Shown here: positions 1 to 10,104 of the stretch, piece by piece | Numbering within the stretch: position 1 is the first letter of the stretch | How the letters are laid out: each line of letters opens with the position of its first letter | From: an uncultured Bacillota bacterium | GTDB lineage: Bacteria > Bacillota > DTU025 > MWDF01 | Direction: 5' to 3' | DNA: 64,000 nucleotides | Assembly: GCA_963823655.1 (NCBI GenBank) | Contig: CAWGMK010000006.1 | Location: forward strand, 192,001 to 256,000 | Notes under the pieces: generated by a model | What the model was told of the DNA's origin: nothing | Seen by the model: only the letters and a program-made list of their open reading frames with translations | Databases searched by the model: none | Program-made: the position numbers and the translations under genes

Positions 1-1119
1 ATATGGGAAAAGGCCTCCGAGGCATACGAAGCAGGGACTATGTCAGGCTATGGTGGATTGCCATGGGTTGATGGAAATGTGCTCTGGGCCTCCAGGGTGC
101 TGCTGCAGGACGACCAAACGGCCCGTATAATGGTCATATGGGAAAAAGTCGGCTCTGTGAGGGCGGAAGGCTGGCCGATCTATGCCATAGGTATCTTCGG
201 CATAATAATATCCTTCGTCCTCAACCTTTTCTTCTCCCACAGAGCCGCGAGGAAGATATCCGCCGGATTGCGGGAAGTAGCAGACGCAGGACGGATGATG
301 GCCGCCGGCGATTACAATGTCAGCCTGCCGGAACAGGAGATTTCGGAGCTTGATCAGATAGGCAAGGCTTTTAACGAGCTTGCGGCAAACCTGAAAATGG
401 CGACTGAAGAATTGAAAGATGAGGCAAAGCGGCTTGTAAGGCTGGAAGACACCCAGAAAAGGTTCATAGCCGATGCATCGCATGAGATAAGGGCGCCGCT
501 GGCAACGATGGCAATAACGCTGGATGCATGGAAGGACGGGCTGCTCTCAGAGGAGGAGAAGGCCGACGCCCTAGGACATGTCAGATCGGAGCTTACCAGG
601 CTGAGCAAACTTGCGGAACAGCTGCTCGATCTATCCAGGATAGAGTCCGGCAGGCTTCAGATAGAACTGGCGCCCGTGGATGTCGAAGCCGTCATATGCA
701 GTGTGTTGGAATCATACAGGAACATTGAAGGCGCAAAGGTTTCATTCACGGTGCAACCGGGGCTTAATCCTGCCCTTGCCGACGAGCAGAGCCTTCACAG
801 GATGATCAGGAACCTGGTAGACAACTCCCTCAGGTTCACACCTTCTGACGGGAATATTGAGGTACTGGCCTTTGAATCGGAAGGTCAAGTAATTATTGAA
901 GTGAAGGATGACGGCCCCGGGATACCTGCGGGTGAGCTTGAACACATGTGGGACAGGTTCGCAAGGGCGGGCCGTGACAGGGCGGCAGGAAAGGCCGGCA
1001 CGGGCTTGGGCCTTGCGATTGTGAAGGCATTGGCAGATGCTATGTCGGCTGAAGTAGGCATTTCAAGCGTTGAGGGCGAGGGGACTACAGTAAGCATAGG
1101 ATTAAAAGGCTTCCGCTGA
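1..1119 (+). CDS. Two-component sensor histidine kinase (TM-HAMP-HisKA-HATPase); 5' end probably outside the window
   Basis: H-box DASHEIRAPL, N-box NLVDN, G1 DDGPGI, G2 GTGLGL; TM helix then HAMP (ELDQIGKAFNEL); frame open upstream of ATG 40. Confidence 0.9.
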   Translation: MWEKASEAYEAGTMSGYGGLPWVDGNVLWASRVLLQDDQTARIMVIWEKVGSVRAEGWPIYAIGIFGIIISFVLNLFFSHRAARKISAGLREVADAGRMMAAGDYNVSLPEQEISELDQIGKAFNELAANLKMATEELKDEAKRLVRLEDTQKRFIADASHEIRAPLATMAITLDAWKDGLLSEEEKADALGHVRSELTRLSKLAEQLLDLSRIESGRLQIELAPVDVEAVICSVLESYRNIEGAKVSFTVQPGLNPALADEQSLHRMIRNLVDNSLRFTPSDGNIEVLAFESEGQVIIEVKDDGPGIPAGELEHMWDRFARAGRDRAAGKAGTGLGLAIVKALADAMSAEVGISSVEGEGTTVSIGLKGFR

Positions 1120-1220
1120 TTATTGGGCGGCCGGTGAGGCAGCCTTGAGCTCCTCTTGAGGTTCGTATGTTAGCTTTGAGTTGCATGGTAACATGCGAAT
1201 TTAAATCAGGAGGAAAGAAT

Positions 1221-2030
1221 ATGAAGAGGAATTTGGGAAAAGCAACACTGGCGCTTGCGATGGCATTAGTCGCGATTGCGGGCATGACAATAGCAGTAGG
1301 CGCACAGATGAACGGCAAGGTCCGCGGCAACAACCAGATGCAGGGAACCGGCGTTGCCACAACAGCGGTAACAGCGATGGCGGATGCCGAGAAGGCAAGC
1401 CTGATCTACATGAGGGAAGAAGAGAAGCTGGCACACGACGTGTACCTGGCACTATCCGAGAAATGGGGAACTTCGGTGTTCGCCCAGATTGCAGGAAGCG
1501 AACAGAGGCATACTGACAGCATAGCGGCATTGCTTGAGAAGTACGGCATCGCAGACCCGGCGGTTGGCGCAAAGGCCGGCGTATTCACAAACAAACAGCT
1601 GCAGGGGCTGTATGACTCTCTAGTAGCCGAAGGCAGCAAGTCCCTGGTCGCAGCCCTAGCCGTGGGCGCAACTATCGAGGATCTGGATATAGCAGACCTG
1701 GACGCGGCGCTGAAGACAGCAAAGAACGCAGATCTGATAAGGGTATATGAGAACCTGAGGGCCGGATCGGTCAACCACATGAAGGCATTCTATTCGCAGT
1801 TGAAGACGGCCGGCGGAGACTATACCCCGAAACATATCAGCGCAGAGCTTTTCAATCAGATAATTTCTGAACCTGCCGGCCAGGCTCGCATGAATAACGG
1901 CGGCGGCGGAATGGGTAAAGGCAAAGGCGGCAACAGAGCCGGTGCCAATGGGGCCGACTGCGAATGCGACGAAACGACAGTTAAGGGAAGCGGGACGCCT
2001 CAGGGTGGCATGTTCCGCAATGGTAAGTAG
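1221..2030 (+). CDS. Exported DUF2202-type ferritin-like protein with Gly/Met-rich tail
   Basis: RBS AGGAGG before ATG 1221; signal peptide; motifs MREEEKLAHDVY, SEQRH, IEDLDI, GSVNHMKAF. Confidence 0.75.
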   Translation: MKRNLGKATLALAMALVAIAGMTIAVGAQMNGKVRGNNQMQGTGVATTAVTAMADAEKASLIYMREEEKLAHDVYLALSEKWGTSVFAQIAGSEQRHTDSIAALLEKYGIADPAVGAKAGVFTNKQLQGLYDSLVAEGSKSLVAALAVGATIEDLDIADLDAALKTAKNADLIRVYENLRAGSVNHMKAFYSQLKTAGGDYTPKHISAELFNQIISEPAGQARMNNGGGGMGKGKGGNRAGANGADCECDETTVKGSGTPQGGMFRNGK

Positions 2031-2081
2031 CGCAATACAGCTCCCGGTAAAACAAAAAGCTAAACGCAACTGATAGTGGAT

Positions 2082-2110
2082 ATAAGAGCCGGCCGCAAGG
2101 CCGGCTTATC
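2082..2110. terminator. Hairpin between convergent genes, probable bidirectional terminator
   Basis: AGCCGGCC-GCAA-GGCCGGCT inverted repeat overlapping the mnmA stop. Confidence 0.6.
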
Positions 2111-3156
2111 TTATGATTCCTCCGCAGGCGATTATATTCGCCTGATAGCAAACAAGGCTCTGCCCCGCGGCAGGGGCCCAGGTTGGGCTGCCAAACTGGG
2201 CTGTAAGCATATCGCCGTCAAGGGAAACTCGTGCAGGGACCGGCGCCATAGACGAGCGCGTCCTGACAAGCAAGCTCCATTCCGGCTTGCAGCTTTTCGC
2301 GCCTGGCTGCGCCGAGCACCACGTCGCTTGCCGTTACTCTGTCGACCAGGCACTGCTGCTTGGCTCCAAGGTAGATGGAATTGGTCTTATGATCGATCCT
2401 TACAATGTAGGCCCTCTCGCCAGTCGCCACGCCGTGGCCTTTCCTTTGCCCTATGGTAAAACCCAGGGATCCGGGGTGCTGCCCCAGAAGCTTGCCGCTC
2501 GACGCATCATATGCCATGCCTGGAACAAGCAGCCCCGGCCTTTTGCAATCTAGCCATGCGCGCATGTCGCCTTCGATGAAGCAGACATCCTGCGAGGATT
2601 TCACGCTCGAGTAACCCAGCCCCAGCCTGCAGGCTTCGGCTATTACATCGTCTTTGGACATGCTCCCAGAGGGAATACCAGCATGCGCCGTAATTGCTTC
2701 ATTGAGCCTGTAAAGGAAGTAGGATTGGTCATTCTTTAAGGAAGCCGCCCTTGCGATATAGCGGGCATCGCCGTCTTCCTCGATTCTTGCGTAGTGCCCT
2801 GTAGCAATATGGGCAATTCCAAGCTTTGTGGCCTCATCCGAAAGCGTCGCGAACTTGAACAAGGGGTTGCAAATCACGCAAGGATTTGGCGTAATGCCTG
2901 CAGCATATGCGTTTATGAAAGGATTTATCACGGTTTCGTCGAATTTTGCCGACAAATCCTTTATAATCAACTTTATATTGAGCCTGTCTGCCGCCGATTT
3001 CGCCCTTTCAATGGCGGCAGGGGGCATAGTGCCGGTCACAAGCATCATTCCGGTGACTTCGAAGCCGCGGTCTTTCAGCACTTGTACTGCAACGGAGCTG
3101 TCGACTCCGCCGGACATCCCAAGCAATACTCTATTTGCGTTATGATCAATGGGCAT
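2106..3156 (-). CDS. mnmA: tRNA 2-thiouridylase MnmA (frameshifted near 2270; short compensated shift near 2660-2700)
   Basis: SGGVDS, TPNPCVICN, ATGHYA, DQSYFL, SQDVCF, FTIGQRKG; C-terminus (..WAPAAGQSLVCY..GGII*) continues in another frame to stop at 2106; RBS AAGGAGG. Confidence 0.9.
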
Positions 3157-3211
3157 AGGCTTACCTCCTTTAGAGATTATACTATTTATCCGGCATCTGG
3201 AGGGCAACGGC

Positions 3212-4440
3212 ATGGATTACCAGCTAAAACTGCCAATGAAGATCTTTTGGGCAATGATGTCCCCATTTACCAAGGCATGGATGCAAATATCGATGCACCC
3301 TGTCATCGAAAACAGGCTTCCGGTGGATCTGAAGCCCCCGTACCTTTTAATTTCCAATCATGTGACAGTCTACGATGGCCTTATAGTGGTGCTTTACTCG
3401 AAGCACCTTCCGGTGTCCGTTTTCGACGATATCCAGAGGACGGACATTTTCAAACGCTTGATTTTCCAAAACGCGGGAGTGATTTTCAAACCTGTCGGGG
3501 TGGCCGATCCGCTTGTTGTAAGGAAGATGATCAAAGCCAGGGATGAAGGCAGGTCCATCTTGCTATATCCGGAAGGGGCGATTACGTGGGACGGTGATTT
3601 ATTACCCCTTGAGATGAACTTCGCCAGGTTGGTAAGGCTTCTGGGAATTCCCGTCGTACTGGCAAAGTTTAAGGGCGGATATGTCAAGCAGCCCAACTGG
3701 TCAAACATCAACAGGAGCGGAGGGTGCAAAGTAGAGTTTAGCCTGTTGGCAACCCGTGAGCAGATAAAAGGGATGAACGACGAACAACTGCTCTCCTACC
3801 TGAGGCAGGGGCATGCCCATAGCGAAATTGACTGGCTCGGAAGCCCTGAGGGAAGCAGGTTCAAGTATTCGACGAAAAGCCCATCAAAAGGGCTGGAACA
3901 TCTGCTCTATCTGCTGCCCTTCATGCCACGCATGCAACAGCATGACGACTTTCGACCCGGATGCGATTTCGTGCAGCTGCTGCGGCTACACGGCGGGGGT
4001 AGATGCCAGGCTAAGGCTGTCGGCAACTGAAGGCAAACTCGTTTTCGATGACATTAGAAGCTGGTACAAATGGCAGAAGCAGTTCTGGTTTGATGAGATA
4101 GTCAAAAGGGCCGCCCAAGGCGGAGATATCCTTAAGGCCGAGTGCCCGAAAGTCAGTGAAGCAAAGATCAACGGCAGCAAGATGGTCAAGATCGGGCACG
4201 GGCCGGCGTATCTTAGGAACGATGGCGTCCATTTCAGCATGGATGATGGCAAAGAGGGCATGATTACCCCTTGAAGGGATACTTGCCTGCCACAGCACGA
4301 AATTCTCGGCCAATAGGGATTACCAGCTCACAATAAGGACAAAGGAAAGCTTCATACTGCTCCAGCTAACGGAGCCCAACCTGCCGGTCCTTGCATGGGA
4401 GCAGGCCATAAAGGCGCTGCAGGCCCAAAAGAGGCAGTAG
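3212..4440 (+). CDS. PlsC-like lysophospholipid acyltransferase with Cys-rich C-terminal extension (frameshifts near 3910 and 4270)
   Basis: NHxxxxD (SNHVTVYD) and YPEG motifs; CPSC..CSCCG in the next frame; third frame runs to TAG 4440. Confidence 0.7.
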
Positions 4441-4543
4441 CGAAACGCCGGGATTGGGCAGGAGCAGGCAGCTTGAAGGGCCCTGGCCCAAAAAGGGCGA
4501 ACCTCACTTCAGTACATCAGCTTTTGCAGCGGCTTTGAAAAAC

Positions 4544-4580
4544 AATGGCTTGGCCCTATTGATTTAGGAGCCAAGCCATT
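4544..4580. terminator. Bidirectional terminator between acyltransferase and ktrB
   Basis: AATGGCTTGGC...GCCAAGCCATT inverted repeat flanked by A-rich and T-rich tracts. Confidence 0.65.
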
Positions 4581-4631
4581 TGCTTTATCGAAGTTGTGAT
4601 ACACATATTCCTTATGAGGTTAGCGCAACTG

Positions 4632-6038
4632 TTAACCTATCATCACGTGCTCTTCCGGGAATGTCACCTTCACCTTGCTCATGCTCTTCTTGTAGTTCAG
4701 GGCTACGGCAAAAGTAAGAGGGCCCAGCCTGCCCATGAGCATGATCACAATGATGATGAACCTGCTGATCGGCCCCAGGTTCGGAGTGATCCCTCTAGAA
4801 AGGCCGACTGTCGCGAAAGCCGAAATTACCTCGAACATAATATCGAGGAAAGACGCGCTCTCCACAAGGGAGACGATCAAAGTGCCGATAAGCACAACGA
4901 ATGCCGCAAGCAACACGACTGCGGTGGCCCTTAGCACCTGGTCCCTGGGTATCCTGCGCTCGTGGTATTCCACTACATCGTCGCCTTTAATCGTAGAAAC
5001 CAGGCTCATCATCAGCACTCCTGCGGTAACCGTTTTAATACCGCCTCCGGTAGAGCTAGGTGAGGCGCCGATGAACATCAGCATCATGATAATCAAAGCG
5101 GTGGATTCCCTGAGCCCGCCCGTTGGAATCGTATTATAACCTGCTGTCCTTGGCGTGATGGAAGTAAAGAACGAGTTGATGATCTTATGCACGAAGGGCA
5201 GGTCCCTTAGAGTTTCAGGGTTCGTATACTCGAGTATCAGGATAGCGATGGTTCCGAAAATGAGCAGAGCCGCCGTAATCTTAATGACGAGCCTGGTATG
5301 TAGGGATACATGGGTATTCCTGTTGGAGCCATAAGAGATTACCTCGGCAAGCACAGGAAAACCTAGGCCTCCGACAATTATGAGAAGCCCTATGACAATC
5401 GGGATGTATCCGTCCGTCGTATATGCGGCAAGGCTCGAGAACTGGCCGTTCAGCCTGCCGAATATGTCGAAACCGGCGTTGCAGAATGCCGAAATTGAAT
5501 GGAAGACCCCCGCGAAAACGGCTTCGCCCATGGGCATGAAATTCTTGAGCCTTAAGAAAAGGAATAGCGCACCCAGGCCTTCTATAAAGAAAGTAAGCCC
5601 CATGACCATCTTAGTTAGCCTGACAAGGCCGCTCAGGCTGAACTTATTGAATGATTTCCTGCAGTAACAGCCTGCTTCTCAGACCTATTCGCCTTCCGAG
5701 AATCAAGAATATCATGGTTGCCATGGCCATGAAACCAAGGCCGCCGACTTGTATCAGTATCAATATCACTACCTGACCGAAACGGGTGAAATTCGTGGCA
5801 GTGTCCACAACGACGAGACCTGTCACACAAGTTGCAGAAGTTGCTGTAAAGAGGGCATCCAGGTATTTCATATATGCCCGCCGACATTTGAGATGGGCAG
5901 GGACAAGATGAGGCCACCTAGCAGGACTATGACTATAAACCCAAGTACAAGCACCTGGGAGGGGGACATATTTGTAAAGAAGGAGCTGAGCTTCTTGATT
6001 TTGCTCTTGCCATTATCCTTGGCGATATTACTGACCAT
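4632..6038 (-). CDS. KtrB/TrkH-family K+ uptake membrane subunit (frameshifts near 5878 and 5645)
   Basis: Four pore motifs across three frames: ATSATCVTGL, SAFCNAGF, PRTAGYN, SAFATVGLS; also FIGASPSSTGGGIK. Confidence 0.9.
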
Positions 6039-6277
6039 ATAAATTGCCCCTGAAGCTTCGGCATAATGCATCCGCGCAACTACATCAAGCGTTAATGCCC
6101 GGCGCTGACCGCCTAACTGCCAAAAATGCTTCCTATCACCGGAGCTTCCGATTTCCGCTCGAAACCACCTCTCCGGATTCCTTCATTATTCAACACTACA
6201 TAAGAGGATAAGTCAAGGCATATTGCATTTAATGAAGAATATCGGGGCCATTGTATGATTCCTGTCGCACTTACTTA

Positions 6278-6307
6278 TTGCCTCTGGCGTGCACTTCATT
6301 GTATAAT
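6278..6307 (+). promoter_or_regulatory. Sigma-A promoter for tRNA-His/tRNA-Gly
   Basis: TTGCCT-18 bp-TATAAT. Confidence 0.6.
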
Positions 6308-6335
6308 TCCTTTTGCGGCTTTTGCCGTTGAACGT

Positions 6336-6413
6336 GGTGGGTGTAGCTCAGGTGGCTAGAGCATCAGATTGTGGCTCTGAGGGCCGTGGGTTCAAGTCCC
6401 ATCATCCACCCCA
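6336..6413 (+). tRNA. tRNA-His(GTG)
   Basis: Cloverleaf with G-1, anticodon GTG, GGTTCAAGTCC T-arm, encoded CCA. Confidence 0.95.
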
Positions 6414-6440
6414 TTTTCAACAAAGCCGCGATGGGAAATT

Positions 6441-6515
6441 GCGGAAATAGCTCAGTGGTAGAGCATCACCTTGCCAAGGTGGGGGTCGCGGGTTCGAATC
6501 CCGTTTTCCGCTCCA
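6441..6515 (+). tRNA. tRNA-Gly(GCC)
   Basis: GCGGAAA acceptor, anticodon GCC, TTCGAAT loop, CCA. Confidence 0.95.
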
Positions 6516-6532
6516 TTAAAGTCATCTAGCAT

Positions 6533-6560
6533 CGGCGGCGGACTAGTATCGCCGCCGTTT
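6533..6560 (+). terminator. Hairpin after tRNAs, possible terminator
   Basis: CGGCGGCG..CGCCGCCG followed by TTT. Confidence 0.5.
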
Positions 6561-6602
6561 ATAGTTTATCAGGGCCAGAAGGCCGGATTAAGAGGTGTAA
6601 AA

Positions 6603-8044
6603 ATGATAAAAGTCAATTTCGTAGGCAAGGCGGCAAGCGTCGCAACTGTAGAGGTAGTAATCGACCAGGAGAGCGCAAAGCAGGAGATCGAGGCGGCTAT
6701 CGCAAGAATTGGCAAGAGGGTCACGGATTCCCGGCTTCAGGCAGGGCAAGGCTCCAAAGGCAATGGTTGAGCGCTATGCAGGCAAAGAGGCCATGATGCA
6801 GGAAGCAATGGAACAGATCGTCAACGATTCATATAAGCGCGCCGTAACAGAGAACAATCTGATGCCCATAGCCGACCCCAATTTCGAGGGCCTTGACGAT
6901 CTAAATCTGGAATCGGGCAAGGAAGTCTCATTCAAGATGATGATTACGCTAGATCCGGAAGTAAAGCTTTCGGACTATAAGGCATATAAGATGAAGAAGG
7001 ACCTCAAAGCGGTAACCGACGAGGATGTGTCCAAGGAAATCGACAAGTATGCCGACCAGCTGGCCGAATACATTCCCTCCAACCGCAAAAAGGTGAAGGA
7101 TGGCGACATGGTCACCATCAACTTCAAGGGCATAATCAATGAGGGCACCCCGAGGAGGAGGCTTTCGAGGGAGGCACCGCCGAGGGCGTGGACCTTCATA
7201 TCGGCTCCGGTCAATTCATTCCGGGCTTCGAGGAACAGCTGGTAGGAGCCAAGAAGGGCGAAGCCGTCGACGTCAAGGTCGCCTTCCCCTCCGATTACAG
7301 GGCGACACACCTGGCTGGCAAGCCCGCCGTCTTCAAGTGCACGGTCACTGAGATAAAGGACAAGGCCGTCGCCGCAAAAGACGACGAGCTTGCCAAGAAG
7401 CTCGGATTCGAGAAGCTTGATGAGATGAATAGCGCAATCAAGCATAGCCTGGAGCACAGGAATTACGACAGCGCGGTAAGAGGGCTCGGCATAGACGCAC
7501 TTAAGAAGCTGACTGATGAATCCGAGTCGGAGATGCCCCTTGAGATGGTTGAATCGGAAGCAGCCGACATGATAAACGACCTTGCAAGGCGCGTTGAGGA
7601 ACAGGGGCTTAAGTGGGAAGAGTATCTGAGCTCTCGTTCTACTACGCAGGATGCAATGCTCGAAGAGATGAAGCCCAAGGCGGAAGCCGCCGTCAAGCAG
7701 CAGCTTGTGGTGCGCGCACTGCTTCGTGAAAATGACATGAGGGTGACTGCGGCAGAAGTTGACAGGGCGATTGAGATGATGGCAGGAAGCCCGGCGAAGT
7801 AAAGCCAGCAGAGATCAAGCGCCTGAAGGACAACGAAAACGTGAGGATGTCGGTAAGCAGGCTGGTGGCGCAGGACAAGGCGATGAGGCTGCTTTCCACC
7901 CTATGTGATGAGAACCCTGAGGAGGGAAAGTGCGCAGTGGACCACGAACATGAGCATGAGCACAACCATGAGCATGACCACGATCACGGACATGACCATG
8001 GGCACGATCACGAGCATGCCTCTGAGGACCACAAACAGGACTAA
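6603..8044 (+). CDS. tig: Trigger factor with His-rich C-terminal tail (frameshifts near 6722, 7150-7170 and 7795)
   Basis: [10 protein letters not shown] signature, FKBP domain [22 protein letters not shown], position upstream of clpP-clpX-lon. Confidence 0.9.
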
Positions 8045-8075
8045 TGCATCTCAAAAAGCGGAAGGGGGCGCGGTT

Positions 8076-8690
8076 ATGAGCTTCATACCTTATGTCGTAG
8101 AGCAGTCCAATAAGGGCGAGAGGGTATACGATATCTATTCGCGCCTTTTAAAAGACAGGATCATCTTCCTCAACGGGGAGATAGACATGCACACTTCCGA
8201 CCTTATAATTGCCCAGTTCCTGTTCTTGCAGGCGGAAGATCCGGAGAAGGAGATCAACCTCTACATAAACAGCCCGGGAGGCTCGGTATACGCCGGCATG
8301 GCGATATATGATACCATGCAGTTCATAAAGCCACCTGTTGCCACGTTCTGCGTCGGGATCGCAGCCAGCATGGCCTCGATAATCCTTATGGGAGGCTCAC
8401 CCGGCAAAAGATATGCGCTTGCCAACTCAAGGGTGCTGATACATCAGCCCTTGGGCTCGGCCTCAGGGCAGGCCACCGACATACAGATACACGCCAAGGA
8501 GATCCTTAAGCTGAAGGACCTTGTGAAGGACATCATAGTGAAGCATACGGGGCAGAGACCATCAAAAGTCGGTTCGGACATCGAAAGGGATCTTTACATG
8601 ACGGCCCAGGAGGCGATCGATTACGGGATAATCGATAACATCCTGGAGGGCAATAAACAAGAAACACCCAGGAGGGCAACGAAGAAGTAA
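8076..8690 (+). CDS. clpP: ATP-dependent Clp protease proteolytic subunit
   Basis: [33 protein letters not shown]. Confidence 0.97.
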   Translation: MSFIPYVVEQSNKGERVYDIYSRLLKDRIIFLNGEIDMHTSDLIIAQFLFLQAEDPEKEINLYINSPGGSVYAGMAIYDTMQFIKPPVATFCVGIAASMASIILMGGSPGKRYALANSRVLIHQPLGSASGQATDIQIHAKEILKLKDLVKDIIVKHTGQRPSKVGSDIERDLYMTAQEAIDYGIIDNILEGNKQETPRRATKK

Positions 8691-9955
8691 TGCCAAGGAA
8701 GAGCTCCAAAGAGAATAAGGGTAAAGTGGCTGAATGTTCCTTCTGCGGAAGGAACGAAAAGGACGCGGGCGGGATGATAGCAGGCCCCGATGTGTCCATA
8801 TGCAGCGATTGCGTGAAACTCTGCACCATGATATTCGAAAAAGAGGCGAAAGAGGGCAAGGGGGATTTCCAGCCGGCGCTGAGAAAGCCCAGCGAAATCA
8901 AGAAGGCCCTGGACCAGTACGTAATCGGCCAGGAGGACGCGAAGAAAGTCCTATCGGTCGCCGTTTATAACCATTATAAGAGAGTCCTCGCCAAGTCGAG
9001 CGGCTTCGATGAGGATGTTGAGCTGCAGAAGAGCAATATACTCATGCTGGGCCCCACCGGAAGCGGCAAAACACTGCTGGCGCAAACTCTTGCCAAGGTT
9101 CTGGACGTGCCGTTTGCTATAGCCGATGCGACTTCACTTACCGAGGCGGGATATGTGGGCGAGGATGTCGAGAACATCCTTCTGAGGCTTATACAGGCGA
9201 GCGACTGGGATGTGAACAAGGCGAAGTTCGGAATCGTCTATATCGACGAGATCGACAAGATAGCCAGGAAATCCGAGAACCCGTCGATAACCAGGGACGT
9301 ATCGGGAGAAGGAGTCCAGCAGGCGCTTCTTAAGATACTTGAAGGAACGCTTGCCAATGTACCCCCTCAGGGAGGCAGGAAGCACCCCCAGCAGGAGTAC
9401 ATCCAGATAGATACTACCGATATACTCTTCATATGCGGCGGGGCTTTCGACGGGCTTGAGAAGATAATCGAGCGCAGGACCGGCGCGAAGACGCTGGGCT
9501 TCACAGCTGTGCCTAGGCCTGTGGGCAAGGCAGCCTCCTCGGAGGCTCTCAAAAGGCTTATGCCTGAGGACTTGCTGAAGTTCGGGCTCATTCCCGAGTT
9601 CGTAGGCCGTATGCCGGTAATTGTGACTCTTGAGGAGCTGGGAATAGCGGCGCTCGTCGAGGTCCTGACAAAGCCCAAGAACGCGCTCACAAGGCAATAC
9701 CAGACGTTGATGTCGATGGAAGGCGTTGAGCTTGAATTCACCGAAGGTGCCATAGCTGCAGTGGCCAACAAGGCCATGAGGCTTGGAACAGGGGCGAGGG
9801 GCCTGAGGTCTATAATGGAGAAGCTCATGCTGGACATCATGTTCTCGGTGCCGGATAAGCCCGAGATGAAAAAGATACATATCGATGAGGACGCCGTCGA
9901 GAAGGCATCGGAGGCCATCAAGAAAAGGCCCCCGGCCAAATCGGAAACGGCATAA
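8690..9955 (+). CDS. clpX: Clp protease ATP-binding subunit ClpX
   Basis: CSFC..CSDC zinc domain, [38 protein letters not shown] loop. Confidence 0.97.
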   Translation: MPRKSSKENKGKVAECSFCGRNEKDAGGMIAGPDVSICSDCVKLCTMIFEKEAKEGKGDFQPALRKPSEIKKALDQYVIGQEDAKKVLSVAVYNHYKRVLAKSSGFDEDVELQKSNILMLGPTGSGKTLLAQTLAKVLDVPFAIADATSLTEAGYVGEDVENILLRLIQASDWDVNKAKFGIVYIDEIDKIARKSENPSITRDVSGEGVQQALLKILEGTLANVPPQGGRKHPQQEYIQIDTTDILFICGGAFDGLEKIIERRTGAKTLGFTAVPRPVGKAASSEALKRLMPEDLLKFGLIPEFVGRMPVIVTLEELGIAALVEVLTKPKNALTRQYQTLMSMEGVELEFTEGAIAAVANKAMRLGTGARGLRSIMEKLMLDIMFSVPDKPEMKKIHIDEDAVEKASEAIKKRPPAKSETA

Positions 9956-9961
9956 GGCTTC

Positions 9962-10009
9962 ACCCGGCGTCTTCTCGGTTGGCGAGTTGCGCCGGGTTTT
10001 CCGTCTTTT
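9962..10009 (+). terminator. Probable terminator after clpX
   Basis: ACCCGGCG..CGCCGGGT followed by T-rich tract. Confidence 0.55.
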
Positions 10010-10104
10010 GGAAGCCCGCTGAAAACGGAGCCGAGACTAGAGTATAATGTAAGTGGAACTATGGCGCATTTGTCTGCGTTATGTAAACCAGGAGGTGCAC
10101 TCGA

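Noticed and set aside
6167-6179. PyrR binding site (AAUCCGGAGAGGU, - strand) upstream of ktrB
   Set aside because: The U-rich CUUUAA element and attenuator layout are absent, and the target is not pyrimidine-related
7905-8075. Met/Thr-rich N-terminal extension on ClpP
   Set aside because: It is the off-frame reading of the His-tail repeat; a proper RBS precedes ATG 8076
10061-10089. dif-like sequence ATGGCGCATTT-GTCTGCG-TTATGTAAACC
   Set aside because: XerD-like arm matches but the spacer is 7 bp and the XerC arm lacks its inner AA; it lies in the lon 5' UTR among genes usually far from the terminus
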